A stretch of DNA of 64,000 bases from NCBI RefSeq assembly GCF_006345805.1, contig NC_043004.1:25978001-26042000 (forward strand), given 5' to 3'. Position numbers and translations under genes: made by a program. The notes under the pieces were generated by a model, which saw only the letters and a program-made list of their open reading frames with translations, ran no database searches and was not told where the DNA came from. Source of the DNA: Octopus sinensis (Eukaryota). Of this stretch, positions 1 to 12,038 are shown piece by piece (position 1 is the first letter of the stretch; each line of letters opens with the position of its first letter).

Positions 1-699
1 TAAATAGTGCCTTAGCTAGAAGTGTAATGGAGGGTTGAGTGTTAGGAAAATGTGCTGTAAGGAAGGCATAACAAGAACAGATTGGGTACAAAGGCGGTGT
101 ATAATTTTCATGACATAAAATTGATATAATCACAGATCAACAAGTGAGTCATAGATTAGACTAATCTGAAACAAGATCAAGTTTTGACAAACATCACCAC
201 CTCATGAAGATGAGGTTGAATTTAGTTTATAAATACATAGCTTTTCATTCAAAAAATGCCACATGGTGATTAGAAAATATTTACAGAAGAAAGCTCTTAG
301 TTTATGAAAATGTTCTTTGCTACCTTCAGGTCATATAATGTAGGAAATTGCCAAAATTATCTGATGTGGGAAAACTGCCAATGTTTCCTGTTACAATCAT
401 ATCATATGATGTGGAAAGCTCCTAAATTCATCTCACAGGTTTTAGTGTGTAGAAAAAGGAGTCGACTCTAAATACAATTTAACATCAAGTTTATTATTCA
501 AATTTAGATGGGGTTTAAGTAAATCTATAAATATCTAACAAGGTACCTTGTCGTTTACTCCAACACATCTTATAATGCTGAAAACAGATTGTACTGTGCA
601 TTATGTACATGAAGAGGAAAATATATTTACTTCCATTTGGTGTATAAAATACATACAATTGTTATATTGTATAATACCCCCCCACACACACGTACATAC

Positions 700-1140
700 A
701 TGTTGAGCCTCATCGAGGTGATGACAAGTGACTGAGACTGTTGGCCATTTGCTGTGCTTGAGAGGACATGTCAAGTTTTGTGAAATCATAATCATGGCCA
801 ATACCGGTGGTAAAAGGCATTCATGCCAGTGATACATAAAAGGTACCCGTGCTGGTAACATATTAAAGGCACCCATGCTGGTGACATGCTAAAGGCATTT
901 GTGCCAGTGACACATTAAAGGCCTGTGCTGGTGATATGTTAGAGGCACTAGTGTCAGTAGTGACATGTTAAAGGCACCCAGTACACTCTGGGGAGTGGTT
1001 GGCATTAGGAAGGGCATCCCACTGTAGAAACCAAGCCAAAACAGACTGGAGCCTGGTGCAACTCTCTGGCTTACTAGTTCCAGTCAAACCGTCAAACCCA
1101 TGCCAGCATGGAAAACGGATGCTAAATGATGATGATAATG
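700..1140 (+). mobile_element. RTE-tail short interspersed repeat with internal ~26-nt tandem repeats
   Basis: Family core ggttggcattaggaagggcatcc...ccatgccagcatgg ending in (GAT)n; degenerate gtgctggtgacatgttaaaggcaccc units at ~805-985. Confidence 0.8.
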
Positions 1141-1150
1141 ATAACATATA

Positions 1151-2412
1151 TAAAGGGTCTTGCAGATAAATTGAGACAATTTTTATGATGCAAAAAACTT
1201 TAGAAATACTAAAATAATGGCAGTAGACAAATATAATTTTAATGTAACATTTATTACAACAAAAACATTTATCACTCAATATGGCTGCTCTCTTGGGCAA
1301 TTACAGCCTTCACACAAGAACGAAATTTTTTTTACAGCTGCCACAACCTCCGCCTTTTTAATTTTGCATGCATGATGCAGATCTTCAAATTGTTGACACT
1401 CGAGTGTGGTGAAGCAATGGCCCTTGCTTGATGTACACCCCATAAAATATCATCGAGACGGTTGAGATCTGGGCTATTACTGTACCAGATGTTGGCCCTC
1501 ACAAAAAGTGGCACCTTCTCACCAAGGAAGGCCTGTGTTGCTTTTGACCCATGGCATGATGTAGAATCCTGGATAAGCACCACATTGTCAAGCCCAAACT
1601 TCTGCCCCATCCAAAGTAACAGAGAGTTCTGCAGGATGTCTAGATACTCCTTTGTACCGATCGTCAAGCCAAACTCAATGATGTGTGGATCCATGAAACT
1701 TTCATCACTTGCCATGGCTCCAAATACCATCACAGAAGCAGGATCCTTAGTCTCAAACACAGGGGGGGGGGATGTCAGAAGGGTTGTATGCTATCACTCA
1801 AGAATTTCTGTGATTCACCTTAGTACTCACAGTAAACTTCTTGTCCACAAACACAAGGAGTTTTTCCTGCACCTTGATGCTTGGGTATCTCACAGTTCTG
1901 ATTGCTTTGGCCTTTGCTGTTAGGAGGTGACAGTGTCGTTGAACATAGCTGGTCATGTCAAGGTTCCTGTTCACAGCTCTAGGACATTGTGGAAAGGGAC
2001 ACATTATGTTTCTTTGCAAGAGTTGTCATGAATTTGGATGCGTTGGTTTCAGTCAAGCATTTGAGGTCAGTGAGAAATTCTGGATTGCCCTTGAAAACAC
2101 TTCGAGTTTTGTGTTCTTTTCTATCAATCTTTTCCAGTTCTTTAAATTGTTTATACATACGATAAACTTGCTTTTGGAAGTTTCATCAACTTAGCAAATT
2201 TTATTGGCAGTGTGCCCAGTGCACACCAAAACAACAATGGCAGAATGATTCTGTTGTTCCATGACCTGCTGTCAAATCAGTTTGCTATTTACCTGTAAAA
2301 TAAGACGAGGATTAGATTTTCAAGCAAAGCAAGGTTGTGTCAAAAAATAAATTGTTAAACCCACTAAGTCAATTGCCTAAAATTGGCCTCATTTTATCTG
2401 CAAGACCCTGTA
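1151..2412 (-). mobile_element. Degenerate Tc1/mariner transposon, DD37D (maT-type)
   Basis: TIRs aagggtcttgcagataaattgag (1153) and ctcattttatctgcaagaccctg (ending 2410) with TA flanks; ORFs 1332-1760 and 1798-2019 give VFVDKKF and QDS..37 aa..NRLD. Confidence 0.9.
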
Positions 2413-3223
2413 TATATATATATATATATATATGTACAAGACACCTGTGACCCATTGTTTTATTTCTTGGGTTGGAAATATCTGGTTGCTATTTCTTGCA
2501 TACTCTGCTACTACGTAACAGGTATTTTGGGTCCTTTAATGCAAGTAGCTGTTACATGATAGCAGGGTAAGCTAGAAATAGCAGCCAAATATTAGGAGGG
2601 GAGATACATTGAATCCACTCGTAAAAGCTATTTCACACTGAGGTTAAGAACGTGTCTTTTACAAAATATCTATTGTGTTTTTAAAGTCATTTTCACTTTA
2701 GAATATCTTGTAAATATGCCAAAAAAATTTTTGTAATGGTATTCACTTGAAAATGATTTTAAAAAACATTAAAATATTGTCTGCTTAATGAAACCTAAAA
2801 TATAAATACTTACTGTACAAACAGCTTTCATTTTTGAAACCACATTCACTTAAAAATATTTGTAAATGCTTAAAATAACAAAAGTGAAAATAGAAATAGT
2901 AAAAAAAAAAAAATGTTTTTTCATTGTCAACTCACTGTCTAATAGAAAGATAAGAGTTTCTTCTTTTTCAGGATGAAGATTATTTTCAGAACATTTTCCT
3001 ATTATGCACTGTTTTGGGTATTTATACCCTGAAAATCTCTAATATATTGGAAACTACTTTACCAATTTACATGAGACTTGTTTCATTCGATTCGTATTAA
3101 CATTTAAGAGTAAACTTAATTCATGGTATTTTCCCATTATGTGCCAGTTTCGCTGAGTAACATTACAAGCAAGCAAGATTGAAACTGACTTTTAATGCAT
3201 TATATAAACGTATATATTTATAT

Positions 3224-4540
3224 TATTATGGTGTTCGGAAAGTAATTGCATTTTACAAGAAAGTATATAGTTGTAGTGCACCTGAGCACTGTACACAATG
3301 TTTATTATTATTATATTATAAAAACAGATATAAACTACTTTTATCTGAATAGTTTTACTCAAGAATGTAATCACCATCGTTTTCAACAATTGCAGCCCAA
3401 CAGAAAAGTAACTTTTTTTTATGCCACGCTCATAGAAACCTATTCCTTTTCCAGAAAAAATGTTTGAAAGACTGTTTTCAACTTCCTCCCTGTTTCTGAA
3501 TTTTTTGCCTCTTATAAAATGTTTTAGTGATCAGAACAGATGGAATTCCATAGGTGCTAAGTCAGGTGAATATAGAGGATATGGAAGAGTTTCCCATCCT
3601 AACAATCTTATTTTTTCTTAGGTTTGTTTTGAAGAATGTGGCCATGTATTGTCATGCTGGAGAATAACATCTTTTCTGTTTAACAAAGTTGGCTTCTTTG
3701 GATGTAATTTTTCATTCACATGATCAAGTTATTGGCAATGGTCCTTCCATGTTCCAGTAGCTTGTAATGGATGATGCCCTTCATATTCCTCCAAACATAG
3801 AGCAAGGATTTTTGTGGGTGGAGTTCTGTTTTTTTGTGTTGGCATTGGCCTCTTATTACATGATAACCAGGATAACCAGTCTTTTTCGTTTTCTGCTGTG
3901 ATTTTTCATCACCTGCAACAATGCGCTTCAGAAATGATATCTTGTTATTCTTAGTTAGAAGACTGCTGCAGATGGTGGAATGTTGTGTTCAGTTCTCAAG
4001 CATAAGCTCATATGGAACCCTAGTTCCCTCTTTGCATGTCTTCCCAGTATACTTGAGATGTTTGTGGATACTTGAAAATGACACATTAAATTTTTGTGCC
4101 AAAAATGGTGCTTTGACGTGGGTCCGATACAATAATCTCATTCAGAGTGGATCGTCTTCCAGAGCAATGCTTGTCAGATGTGTCATAATTGTCATCTTTA
4201 AACCTTTCAAACCACAGCTGACATGTAGGAGCTTCACTGCATCCATATACACTTCACAAATGTTTTTCATTGCTTCTGTAGCAGTACTTTTCTTTCAAAA
4301 CTCATATAGTAAGCAATGGCAAATAAATTGTTTTTATGAAACAATATATTCGCCATTATTTACTATGTATACTTCTATGAGGTTAATTACCGAAATAACT
4401 AAGAATGACACTGCTGGATAGAAGAGACGATACACTATTTCTAGACAGTTCCTATCCATTTGACCATGGCTCTGATGTGATTGGTTGATTAACATTTTAT
4501 AGTGGTGAAAAAACGCAATTACTTTCCAAACACCCTAATA
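3224..4540 (-). mobile_element. Degenerate mariner (DD34D-type) transposon
   Basis: TIRs tattatggtgttcggaaagtaattgca / cgcaattactttccaaacaccctaata; minus-strand remnants LQHDNTWPH and YSPDLAPMEFHLF. Confidence 0.88.
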
Positions 4541-5071
4541 TATATATATATATGGTTTCGCATCCACAAACAGCTTACTCCGTGATGTCTTATCAGACTC
4601 TAAAGCCGAAGACAAACGTAACTCGTCACCTCTGGAAGTAGGAATTTGTAACATCAGTAAGTCACCAAAAAATAAATTGTCCGGGGTCAGTGAGGACAGG
4701 TTATCTTCCTTAGACCAATTCTTGTGGGCTAAAAGAAGGGGAACAGGGAATTTTTTCCTTGGGCCACTTTCAAATCGTAAGGACCCTTCTGAGTATAATT
4801 GGAGAATGTGGTATCACATGCTTGCAGCAGGTAGCATTTGAAATGGATGCAAAGACTGTAAATTTCCTGTGTTCAGTGATCCAGATTTCAGGGATTCTGA
4901 GTATTTTTGCTCACTTGGCTATACAAAGTTTGCAGCGTTCACGGGGCTAAGCCCTTCGTGGATGCGAAACCATTGGTCACTCTATGACCGAACATAGACT
5001 AAGCTACTTATAAATACATTACTGTTCTTTGCATTAGAGTGTGCTTCTTTTTCGGATATATGATACATTGA

Positions 5072-5110
<39 letters not shown>

Positions 5111-5113
5111 AAT

Positions 5114-6420
5114 ATATACAAGGGTTGGACAAAATAATGGAAACACCTTAATATTTCAAACAAATTTATTTTAATATGAGGTAGTACCACCTTTGGCAGT
5201 AATTACAGCTTGAATTCTACAAAGTATGGACTCATATAAAGTTTGAATTGTTTCCAAAGGAAATTTTGTCCATTCTTCAGCTAAAACAGTCTCCAGTTCT
5301 TGTACTGATGATGGTGGAGGATATCAATTCCTTACATTTTCTAAAATGCACCATAAATATTCAATAATATTGAGATCTGGGGTCTGTGGTGGCCAGATAA
5401 GATGTTCAACTTCACTAGAATGTTCCTTGTGCCATTCAGTAACAACTTTAGCTGTGGGAATTTATGCATTATCATCCTGAAAGATTGCATTTCCCTCCAG
5501 AAACAGTTCTGCAACCATAGGGTGAATTTGATCAGATAAAATGCTTAGTCTTGACTATCAATTCTGCCATAAAGGGAAACCATTGGGCCTGCGGATTTCC
5601 AGGATATAGCCACCCCCCGCCCAGATCCTCCTTCAAGTTTAACAGTTGGAAGAAGACAGCCTGGGTCAAATGCTTCTTTTGGCTCTCTCCACATGTATAC
5701 TTGGCCGGTGGTTGGAAATAAGGTAAAGGATGACTTGCTTGAGAAAATAACATTTTTTCACTGCTCTAGGGACCAATTCTGTTGGTTTTTACTTCATTCT
5801 AAACGCTTTGCAACATTTGTTTTAGAAAGTAGTGGTTTTCTGATTGCAGCCCTCCCATGAAATCTGGCTTTGTGCAAGCTCCCAGCGAACAGTTTTTGTG
5901 GAAACTGGATTCTCAAGATGGTCATTAACCCTTTCATTATCGTATTTCTGTTGAGATGCTCTGTGTTTCTTTCAATTACTTTAAATATAACAAAGAATTT
6001 AGTAAAATAACTTAGTTATCATTAAGCTAGTGTTAGGAACATAAATTGTGACTAAGGTTTGGTGGAAGATTTTAATTCAAAACTTATGCAAACAAGACAT
6101 TTGTACTCAGAGCCAGAGGTGGTTTCAGCCGGGTAGGTATCAAAAGAGTTAAGCTCTGCAGTAATTTTGGGAACTGTACTTTTGTGATCCTTTCTAACAA
6201 TTCATGTAAGAGTCCGATGGTCCCTATCTGAAAGTTTTGGCTTCCTTCTGGAGTTTTGTTTTGAGGAGGTTTTTCCCTCTTTCTCAAAGGCTGTCATTAC
6301 TTTCGAGACAGTACTTCTTGACACACCAAACATTTTGGCTATTTTCATTACGCTAGCACCTGCCGTACGAGCACCAACAATTTGACCTCTTTGAAAGTCT
6401 GATAGATCCGTCATTTTATT
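5114..6420 (-). mobile_element. Degenerate Tc1-family transposon (DD36E spacing), interrupted by a TTAA MITE
   Basis: ORF 6202-6414 is a paired-type HTH (MTDLSDFQRGQIVGAR); catalytic region FQDDNA*I...WPPQTPDLNIIEYLW at 5345-5485; Tc1-like end tacaagggttggacaaaataatggaaacacc at 5114. Confidence 0.88.
5925..6152. mobile_element. piggyBac-type MITE (TTAA target duplication)
   Basis: TTAACCCTTTC...AAAGAGTTAA; removing it restores the Tc1 frame TAELNDHLENPVSTKTVR. Confidence 0.88.
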
Positions 6421-7029
6421 GAATCTTAATTACCTTTTTCTGATGATATGAGAAGAAAGAGCAATTTTAGCAACACCCCCCCAAGAGATGGTGTTTTTGT
6501 ACCAAGGGACATAACTCTTAATACTTACTTGGTTTGTTTTATCATCTTTTCACAGCAACCACAAATTGGATGTGTCTGTTCACCTCCAACAATAGAAAGC
6601 AGTTGTATTTTATTCTATAACTGCCATCTCTGAAGAGCGCAGATTACATAATTGGATTGTTACCTAACACTCCATTGAACCCCTAGTGCGATTTGTCAGA
6701 TCAGCTATAATGGATATATAATACTGTACACTTCAATTAATATATATAAATATGGTTATTTTTTCATGGTTTGAGTGTGTGTGTGTTTGTTTTTCTGTCT
6801 TTCAACACAGCAACAATGCAAAAGACTTTTCCTTTGAATACTAGGAGAAAACGTAATTGAGAGAGAAATACAGTGAATGAGTGAGAGAGAGAGTGTGTGT
6901 GTGCGAAAGATAGGTAGTGTTGTCACCATAAAAACTAACAAGTTTTGATTAAAAATGCAAGAATTTTAAGTACAAGTCTGTCAATACAACACAGACTTCA
7001 ATAAAAAAGGTTATATATGTATGTATATA

Positions 7030-7215
7030 TATATAGGGAGAATTCACAAAAAAAAAAAAAAGACAAAGACAGATGGTGTAGACAACAAACAGATGTATTA
7101 GTATAATGCTCGGGAAGTGAAAAAGTCTTTAATGTTTCGAGCCTACGCTCTTCCACAGAAAGGTACACAAAGAAGCAAGTAGAGAAAATAAAGAATGTGT
7201 AGTGGCTAGCGATCT
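7030..7215 (-). mobile_element. Short Penelope-type non-autonomous repeat with hammerhead-like core (subfamily B)
   Basis: Reverse complement reads cttt CTGTGGA A GAGC GTAG GCTC GAAAC ATT aaag; homologous to 57715-57855. Confidence 0.6.
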
Positions 7216-7732
7216 ATCATGGCGATATAGTTAATTTTTGGGTTACTTGCGTGTGAGCATGTGTTTCTGTGTTTTTCAACCTATAGATGAAGCTACACAT
7301 ACTTTAAAGAAGACTTTCAATTTGAACAATTTGTGAAGGCATGATTATCAAGTATTTTTACCGGCAGCGTAGTGACGGATAATGACCTAATACTCCATTA
7401 AAACCATGTGGAATTTTTTTTCTCCAGTACAGAGTTCTAGGGGAGGTAACTAAGAAATATAGTTAAAAGTGACTCTAAATTCTAAGTTTTGTAGCATCTA
7501 CAAAACTTTTTTAAAACTTTGAAACACAGAAAATTAAATAAAAAGCAAAATAAAAGGAATAACAACAAAATTGTTTCATTATAAAAGCTATTTATTTTAA
7601 AAATACAATAAAATATTTATATTATAGCTTTTGTTACAGTATAATCCAGTAATAAAGGACACAAACTTGACATTTTTAATGCCACCAATAATGATAATTA
7701 AATGTTTAATTTTGTGTTGTAAAAATTTAGAA

Positions 7733-7790
<58 letters not shown>

Positions 7791-7792
<2 letters not shown>

Positions 7793-8579
7793 GGGCGTCC
7801 CAAAAGTCACTGATGGGTTTCAATTTTTAATAACTCCCTCAACTTTACAAATAAACGCATGGAATTTTGATACAATATAAAGGACATAAAGTCAAATTTT
7901 GCAATACCACTACATCACATATGAAAAATGATATTGCTTAAATGACAGCCATTTTCTGCTTAGCACACCTGTGATCTTTCCAAAACTTGCACCATAACAC
8001 CCTCAAGAGTTTCAGACCCCACTTCTGTGATTTCTCTATTGATCTTCTCCTTCATTTACACCAGGGTCTCTGGTTTGTTGATGTAAACCCTCTCTTTCAG
8101 GTATCCCCACAAGACAAAATCTGGTCTTGTCAAGTCTGGGGAACATGAAAGCCAGTTGACATTGCCGTAGCAACTGCATTGTTTCTCTTGTGGTATGAGC
8201 AGTTGCCCCATCTTGCTGGAGCCGTGTGTGAGGTCTACTTTGAATAGCCTTCACGTTCCCCAGATTTGACTAGCCTGGATTTTTTCTTGTGGATTTACCT
8301 CAACAAACTGAGACCCTGGTGCAAATGAAGGAGAACATCAGTAAAGAAATCAGAGAAGTGGGGTCTGAAACTCTTGAGGGTGTTATGGTGCAAGTTTTCG
8401 AAAAAGCACGGGCATGCAAAGCCAAAAATGGCTTCTATTTAAGCAATGTTCTTTTTTATATGTGATGCAGCGGTGTTGTAAAATTTGACTTGTGCATATT
8501 AATTTCCATTATCTCCTTTATATTGTATGAAAATTTCATGCATTTATTTGTAAAGTTAAGTAACTTTTGGGACACCCTG
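7791..8579. mobile_element. Foldback Tc1/mariner derivative made of two inverted 3' ends
   Basis: TIRs cagggcgtcccaaaagtcac / gtaacttttgggacaccctg; the PDL..DF.LWG region appears on the minus strand (~7980-8150) and on the plus strand (~8250-8420); QQDGATAH in the centre. Confidence 0.85.
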
Positions 8580-8608
8580 AGTGTGTGTGTGTATATATAT
8601 ATATATAT

Positions 8609-8750
8609 CGACAAAGAGCTCCGCTTGAAACGTCAAACCCTCCTTTTTCCCTCCTTTCCTGAGCGTCCAATAATACTTTATTTGTTCCACATCCTTGCGT
8701 TGTTGTCTTTTTGTTTTCTTGTTTGGATTAACTTTATATATATATATATA
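8609..8750 (+). mobile_element. Short Penelope-type non-autonomous repeat with truncated hammerhead-like core (subfamily A)
   Basis: GACAA A GAGC TCC GCTT GAAAC GTC aaac followed by a tail shared with 54960-55115. Confidence 0.6.
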
Positions 8751-9453
8751 TATTAGTGGCTGACTGTGTCTAAAAATATTGGTTGCCAGGAGACTAGGGA
8801 GCTCATCCACAACAACAATGCTACCATTTGATTTTTATAATGAATAAATAAAATTTTCAAAAAATACTTAAGAGGAAACAAAAAGGTGAAATTCAAACTT
8901 TTGCAAAAAAAAATATATATTTTTTAATAATTACAATGTACATGTACTGTACATATTACTGGCAGTATACAGTAATACCAATTGTAAATTCAGAATGAAT
9001 TTTTAAATAAATGCTTTGGTGAATATATAATATACTGTTATTTTGAAACTGTTTAGCCAAACTGTAAATAAAGACCAATAAATCTATAAATCAATTTAGG
9101 CAGTTAAAAAATGAGGTACTTACATATTTGCATAGGCCTCGTCAGAGATTATAAAGTACATTAAAGATATAAATATATACATGAAACAAGATACACGTAC
9201 AAATCAATAAATATATATATATATATATACAAAGCTGATAAACCAACTTAATTGTTTGTCCATTTTCTCATTTGTATTATAAATTAATGGTAAAATATTT
9301 CTTTACCTTCTCCCATTTAATACAAGAAGTAAGTTAATTTGCATGGCAATTAAAAACACTTGTGTATTAATAATTTGGGTATTATATCAACAGTATATTA
9401 GATAAGTATTATCCCTTAGTGGGTTAGATCCATAACCCATAACTTACTTGGTG

Positions 9454-9486
<33 letters not shown>

Positions 9487-9557
9487 GTATATTTTCTGAA
9501 TATCTGTACACCACTTCTAACATTCTACACACCAACACACATATATATATATACTTT

Positions 9558-9970
9558 GGATCTTTTCGGTTTGAACGGCAGTTTTTTCTAGCCGTGTCAT
9601 ATGAAATTGTTACCCATAATTACGACCCTAGTATCGATCTATTGCATTTCAATCTGTTTTAGGGTTAGGGGTCGGGGGCAGGGTATCTTTTTTTCTTCAG
9701 AAATGTAAATAAACCCAATCTGTTTCTTAAACGAGGGACATATTCATACGGCACAGAATGTTTTGACCTCAATAGACGTCATTGATTGGTTGAAATTGCA
9801 GAAATTGAAGAAAAAAACACAACAAATATCTTACAAACCATAGAATTTTCTCAATAAAGCCAAGAGAAAAAGATGTTTTATAAACTCATTCTACAAGTAT
9901 ACAAAGTTTAAAAGTGTTTAGTTACGTGGAAATTATTTTAAAAAACTGCCGTTCAAAACTAAAAATCCCC
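9558..9970. mobile_element. MITE with ~30-bp terminal inverted repeats
   Basis: ggatcttttcggtttgaacggcagtttttt ... aaaaaactgccgttcaaaactaaaaatcc. Confidence 0.8.
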
Positions 9971-10020
9971 AACTTCTTTTGTGTGTTTTAAATGGCTTAA
10001 AAACACCTTCCAAGCTGCAA

Positions 10021-10194
10021 TATATATATATATATATATGTTTTCGTTTCACCACTCGATCTCAGATCAAATCACTTATATATATATATATATATATATG
10101 TTTTCGTTTCACCACTCGATCTCAGATCAAATCACTTATATATATATATATATATATATGTTTTCGTTTCACCACTCGATCTCAGATCAAATCA

Positions 10195-10200
<6 letters not shown>
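10021..10200. repeat. Perfect 3 x 60-bp tandem repeat ((TA)n plus a unique ~40-mer)
   Basis: Sequence lines 10021, 10081 and 10141 are identical. Confidence 0.97.
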
Positions 10201-10234
<34 letters not shown>

Positions 10235-10301
10235 TGTAAATATATAAATATGTATGTATGTATGTATGTATGTGTGTGTGCGTGTATTTTATAGGAGTAG
10301 G

Positions 10302-10447
10302 AAGATGGTGGAAAACGAGATTCTAGAATAAAAGAATAAGGGTATATAATTCGAACATAGAAGATCAGTTTTCCCAGAATGCATCAGTAACTCGTCCATT
10401 TTGTGTTGAGCCAATTTGAGTGCAGCTTTGGTGTTTCCGAGTCAAAG
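10302..10447 (+). promoter_or_regulatory. EIF3D: Putative EIF3D core promoter / 5'UTR
   Basis: TATATAA 10343-10349, Inr-like TCAGTT 10365-10370, YY1-like AAGATGGTGG (10302) and CCATTTT (~10396), locally higher CpG. TSS unproven; ttttcccag ending 10377 could instead be an acceptor for an upstream non-coding exon. Confidence 0.4.
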
Positions 10448-10570
10448 ATGTATGGATTTGTATTGCCTCCACTTCATTTTAACTCCAGTGGATGGGGACC
10501 TACCGATATACCCAAGAAGTTTGACGAATTACCTTATCAACCATTCTCTAAGGGAGACAGATTAGGAAAG
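10448..10570 (+). CDS. EIF3D: EIF3D coding exon 1 ([41 protein letters not shown])
   Basis: ATG at 10448, 123 nt, donor AAG|gtttgt; matches the eIF3d N-terminus. Confidence 0.95.
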
Positions 10571-12007
10571 GTTTGTTACTTTCTGCTTTAAATTGTTGCC
10601 AATTAGTAACTGTTTTCGGTACCATTGTTCGCTAGTAGTACCACAACAGTCGATGTACTCTAACAGAACAACTAGTTCTAACATACTGGCTGTCAGTCGA
10701 TACATACATAGAAATAATACACAGAATAAAAGTGAGAGAATTGAAAATAAGGGGGAACAAGAACGTAAAAATTGACATTTGTGAGGGGGGAATATGTTCA
10801 GAATACTTGTCTTTTAGGAATTGATGAAAAATAAAAAAAAAACTTCCTTTCCCATGAGGGATGGGAATTCGACGGACAACTATTTCCATAACTCCGACGA
10901 TTTTCCCCTCGGAATTCCGCTTCAATATTCTTGTGTTAGAATAGATAGATACTTTAAACTGTAAAAAACTATTTGAAAACAGAATATTTCTATAAAACAG
11001 CCAATATGTTTCGGGCCTTAACAAATAGATCTATTATAAAACATTTCAGTCATAACTTTCCTGGTTCTATTTTTCAGGCAGTGTGTACCTGTAGTAGTTC
11101 TGCTATTATACTAAAATGTCTTACCGTCTGTTTGTACTTTCAGATTGGTAAATTAACTGGGAATTAGCCGTCCTTCTGTTCATACGTTACTTTCCAAAAC
11201 TCTAACAGCTTTCCCTACGAAATAGAGTTGGAAATTATCGAGTGCGTCTTAAACCATAATTTCTTCAGATCTGTGTGTTTTAAGCACTGTTAGATGACGA
11301 TACCACACACAAATGGAATGTGGTACAGCCTCCTCTTTTCCCATAATTTTTCAGTTTTGAGTTTTTCGCAAATGTCTTGGCAATCAACCGCACGCGGTAG
11401 ACTTGTCGGATGTGACGTTTTCAAAAGCCATCCATGCCGGCATTTAATCCTGTACAAAACGGAAGTGACGACAGAATAGCTATAATTTTAATATTTCCCT
11501 ACACATGGAACTTATCTTAACATCTGGCATATATATTTATCATCAACAACAAAACGTTAATTGAGTCAATTTAATTTTATGTTTATAAAATTAAATCAGT
11601 TTAATTAATCTTTATAGTCATGTATAGACAGTATATTAATCATGCCGGCTGTCTGGTTAAGAAGTTCGCTTCCCAGTCAAGGGGTTCACTTCTTTCACAT
11701 GGTACCTTGGGCGGGTCTTTTACCTTTTACTGTAGCCTCTGTTCCACTACTTGTGAGTGAAATTCATAGAAACTGAAAAAAGCCCGTGGTGTGTGTGTTT
11801 GTATGTATGTATATATATATAAATATATATATATATATCATCATCATCATCATCATCATTTAACGTCCGCTTTCCATGCTAGCATGGGTTGGACGGTTCA
11901 ACTGGCCAGATCAGACTGGGCCTGAAGCAGCCTTCTGGCTTCACAGACCCCAGTTGAACCGTCCAACCCATGCTAGCATGGAAAGCGGACGTTAAATGAT
12001 GATGATG

Positions 12008-12038
<31 letters not shown>

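Noticed and set aside
805-985. Regularly spaced ~26-nt repeats resembling a CRISPR array
   Set aside because: Degenerate head-to-tail units with no unique spacers, inside a retroelement tail; eukaryotic context and no cas genes
7484-7508. 11-bp perfect stem-loop aagttttgtag-cat-ctacaaaactt
   Set aside because: Short and AT-rich, with no CTRR end or other supporting context; plausible by chance or as part of a decayed repeat
10632-11024. 130-aa antisense ORF in EIF3D intron 1
   Set aside because: No recognisable domain or splice context; composition typical of a chance AT-rich ORF
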